From: Aquificaceae bacterium
Lineage (GTDB): Bacteria; Aquificota; Aquificia; Aquificales; Aquificaceae
NCBI GenBank assembly: GCA_039630345.1
Contig: JBCNVD010000032.1
Coordinates: 1 to 23,473, forward strand
Length of the DNA: 23,473 nucleotides
Reading direction: 5' to 3'
Shown piece after piece: positions 21,636 through 23,473 of this stretch. Numbering within the stretch: the stretch's first letter is position 1; every line of letters starts with the position of its first letter. The notes under the pieces were generated by a model that was given only the letters and a program-made list of their open reading frames with translations, searched no databases and was not told the origin of the DNA. Position numbers and translations under genes: made by a program.

Positions 21636-21667
21636 TTTGTATCAATAGCATTTGTAGCTTACCCTGC

Positions 21668-21695
21668 TGTTAATATAATTACCATTATCCTAACG
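21668..21695. other. dif-like tyrosine-recombinase site: TGTTAATATAA-TTACCA-TTATCCTAACG
   Basis: 11-6-11 geometry with the ATAA-N6-TTAT core of bacterial and archaeal dif sites. Arms are inverted repeats at 8 of 11 positions. Non-coding, about 0.7 kb from the Xer gene. Confidence 0.65.
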
Positions 21696-21705
21696 CAACA
21701 CTCTT

Positions 21706-21745
21706 CGGGATATAAAGGGATATAACGAGACATATCGGGAAATTG
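21706..21745. repeat. Four tandem imperfect 10-bp repeats (CGGGATATAA, AGGGATATAA, CGAGACATAT, CGGGAAATTG)
   Basis: Read directly from the sequence. The first two units are 9/10 identical and the later units decay. Confidence 0.6.
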
Positions 21746-21949
21746 TTAATCACTGCCCTAAGGCACAAGGCAGAGCAGAAATTTTTGCAAACTTGCAATT
21801 TTTGTGGGTTTCTAACAGTGGAGGGCATAAAATCCTGTTGTATATTTTTCTAAGGTTTCTCAAGAAGTCGTAAACTCCTCGATAGACAAGGACTTCAGAG
21901 ATAGAGGGTTTTGTATATCTTGAGAGATTACACTAAGGCTAAAAGTCAA

Positions 21950-22830
21950 AGTATGAGAAAAAGAGAAGCTTATCTAAAATATGCAAGTATAGAGGCAACA
22001 GGAAAGTCCATCTTTTGAAAGTCAACTCTTATAGGCAAAGGGGCACAGAGACTTTCATACAGCACTTCAAAGGAAGTCTCCGAGCGTTTCTTTGAGAAGG
22101 AGAAGGAATAAAAACCCACGAAGCTAAGACCTCAGGGCACAGGAGAAGAAACAAGCGTCCACAACTGGGCAGAAACAAAAGTAAGCTTGAGAGGATGGAG
22201 ACCACCTCTGAGACCTAAGAGTCTCAAGAAAATGCCTCTATACATAACAAAAACTTCGGAGCTGAAGAAACAGATAGAGAGCTTAGGTAGAATAATGCCA
22301 ACAAGATGGAGATTGGATTACGAGTTTAAGAGCTCGGTGGAATATAGGCTATCAGGTGGAAAGATACCTACCGACCCTTTAGCTTATCTGTGTAAGCAAA
22401 GTAGTTGACAAGTTTTAGCTTTATATGGGGCAGGTAAATAATCTTGGGCGTTTATATTGGAACGTTCTGAAGAGGTTATACGAGGCAAACGTTACAAGTC
22501 CTGTATGGAAGACAAGGAAAGGCAAGGATAAGGACATGAGAGAAAGTAGGACGAAGAGAACAGCCTACCAAAACCTGAAGCAAGCGAGACTTGCCGTAAT
22601 TTCCGCCCTGAAGTACAACCACTAAGAGAAGAGGATTGTCTGGATGCATTGACGGAGGAATATAAGCGACTCAGGAAGGAGTACTGGTACAAGAGGGAAT
22701 ACATTACCTATCACTACGACACTTACCGCAAGGAATAGGAGCTTAGAAAGGGCGGTCAGAACTTTGTATTATATCCATAACAAACGGGCTATCTATAGAA
22801 GAATGCCTATATCCTTTACGCAAGACTATG
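21950..22830 (+). pseudogene. Decayed coding remnant, possibly a DDE (rve-type) transposase; boundaries approximate
   Basis: Purine-rich coding-like plus strand broken by many stops and frameshifts. The fragment YQNLKQARLAV....YNH resembles the integrase-core C-terminal helix of IS3/IS481/Mu-like transposases. Confidence 0.3.
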
Positions 22831-23055
22831 GGGAAGACTTCAAACACTGTGACGACTTTTCGCGAAAGGAGAACTCTATCTGCTCGTCTTTACTCTTCTA
22901 ATCTATCTGAGTTCTTCTTTAAGTCTTTTTCTTTCTCAGCCTGTATAATGAGACTTGTAGTGGGAAGCTTTGTAAAGCATAATGGAAAGCTCAGAGCTCT
23001 GATAGGAGCCTAGGTAGAAACCCAAAAGTTAAAATTTTGAGAAAACTGCTTTATC

Positions 23056-23316
23056 ATGGAAGTGCGAGTAAATCTCACTCAACACTTCAAGGACAAGTGG
23101 GAAGAAAGGAAGACATTTATGGAAAGCCAAATAGTGGAGTATGTTGTTAACCCTGATTTGGTGTTGGATGACCCTGACTTTCCTAACAGAAAATGGCATT
23201 TGAAACGAGTGGGGGAAAGATGCTTGAAGGTAGTAGTAGAACAAGAAGGAAATAAATTAATACTTATAACTGCTTACTTTGATAGAACTTTGAGGAGGAA
23301 AGGATTGTGCGGATAA
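23056..23316 (+). CDS. DUF4258-like (RelE/BrnT-like fold) putative toxin
   Basis: 86 aa with LTQHFKDKW.ER...V.NPD...LKVVVE......LITAYFD. Overlaps a DUF2283-like gene. Confidence 0.72.
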   Translation: MEVRVNLTQHFKDKWEERKTFMESQIVEYVVNPDLVLDDPDFPNRKWHLKRVGERCLKVVVEQEGNKLILITAYFDRTLRRKGLCG

Positions 23317-23473
23317 GGTATTACGAAGACACAGACACGCTTCTTATTACATTCAAGGAAGAACCTGTTTATGAGAGTGAGTATATTGAGGGATCAGGTA
23401 TAGTAGTGGACTACAGCCAAAAGGGTGAGGTAGTAGGGCTTGAAATATTTGGCTGGTCTAAGAAGCGAGGAAA
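23307..23473 (+). CDS. DUF2283-like putative antitoxin, truncated by window end (not in ORF track)
   Basis: GTG at 23307 after GAGGAGG. Translation MRIRYYEDTDTLLITFKEEPVYESEYIEGSGIVVDYSQKGEVVGLEIFGW matches the DUF2283 pattern Y..D.D.L.I...D....G.VVG.EI. Confidence 0.8.
   Translation, partial: MRIRYYEDTDTLLITFKEEPVYESEYIEGSGIVVDYSQKGEVVGLEIFGWSKKRG

Noticed and set aside
21785..21798. TTGCAA-AC-TTGCAA dyad
   Set aside because: Short and AT-rich, with no linked promoter or gene; it could be chance.
21836..21850. TGTTGTATATTTTTC as an IS left end
   Set aside because: No matching inverted copy or target duplication was found within the window.
21864..21896. GAAGTC...GACTTC inverted repeat
   Set aside because: Only 6-bp arms around a 21-nt spacer, too weak to call.
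21600..21950. Possible oriC, since genes diverge here and strand composition switches
   Set aside because: No consensus DnaA box (TTATCCACA) cluster is seen and the best matches have about 3 mismatches. No dnaA/dnaN is in the window, and gene strand explains the composition switch.
21700..22000. CRISPR array or leader
   Set aside because: There is no repeat-spacer structure. The only repeats are contiguous 10-mers.
22209..22226. TGAGAC-N6-GTCTCA inverted repeat
   Set aside because: Six-bp arms inside decayed sequence are expected by chance.
22187..23244. ORFs 22187-22408, 22425-22625, 22492-22704, 22828-23013 and 23029-23244 as intact genes
   Set aside because: They have no convincing SD or family signature. 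They are better explained as pseudogene fragments or antisense shadows.

Overview
Bacterial chromosomal window. Protein style and gene order suggest Aquificae (Aquificaceae-like); this is inference, not a database result. Bases 1-19.3 kb are compact housekeeping sequence: truB, prfA, rpmE, alaS, rlmN, lepB, then a minus-strand superoperon rplN to rplQ (spc plus alpha clusters, detached from the S10 cluster). That operon continues without gaps into yggT, tlyA, a small orphan gene and a 570-aa protein made of a pseudo-receiver, a DUF4388/PATAN-like segment and a metal-site-degenerate MBL/ODP-like domain. Upstream lies a three-gene unit: an excisionase-like HTH/coiled-coil protein, an intact Xer-type tyrosine recombinase and trmD. 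It has a consensus sigma70 promoter overlapped by a palindrome. About 90 bp upstream of the HTH gene start is a 28-bp dif-like site (11-6-11) followed by four phased 10-bp repeats. Beyond that the sequence is accessory: a decayed, possibly transposase-derived stretch and a DUF4258/DUF2283-type toxin-antitoxin pair. The best candidate for an undescribed system is the dif-like site plus phased repeats plus HTH-coiled-coil protein plus single Xer module. Three genes missing from the ORF track were added: rpmE, rpmJ and the partial DUF2283 gene.
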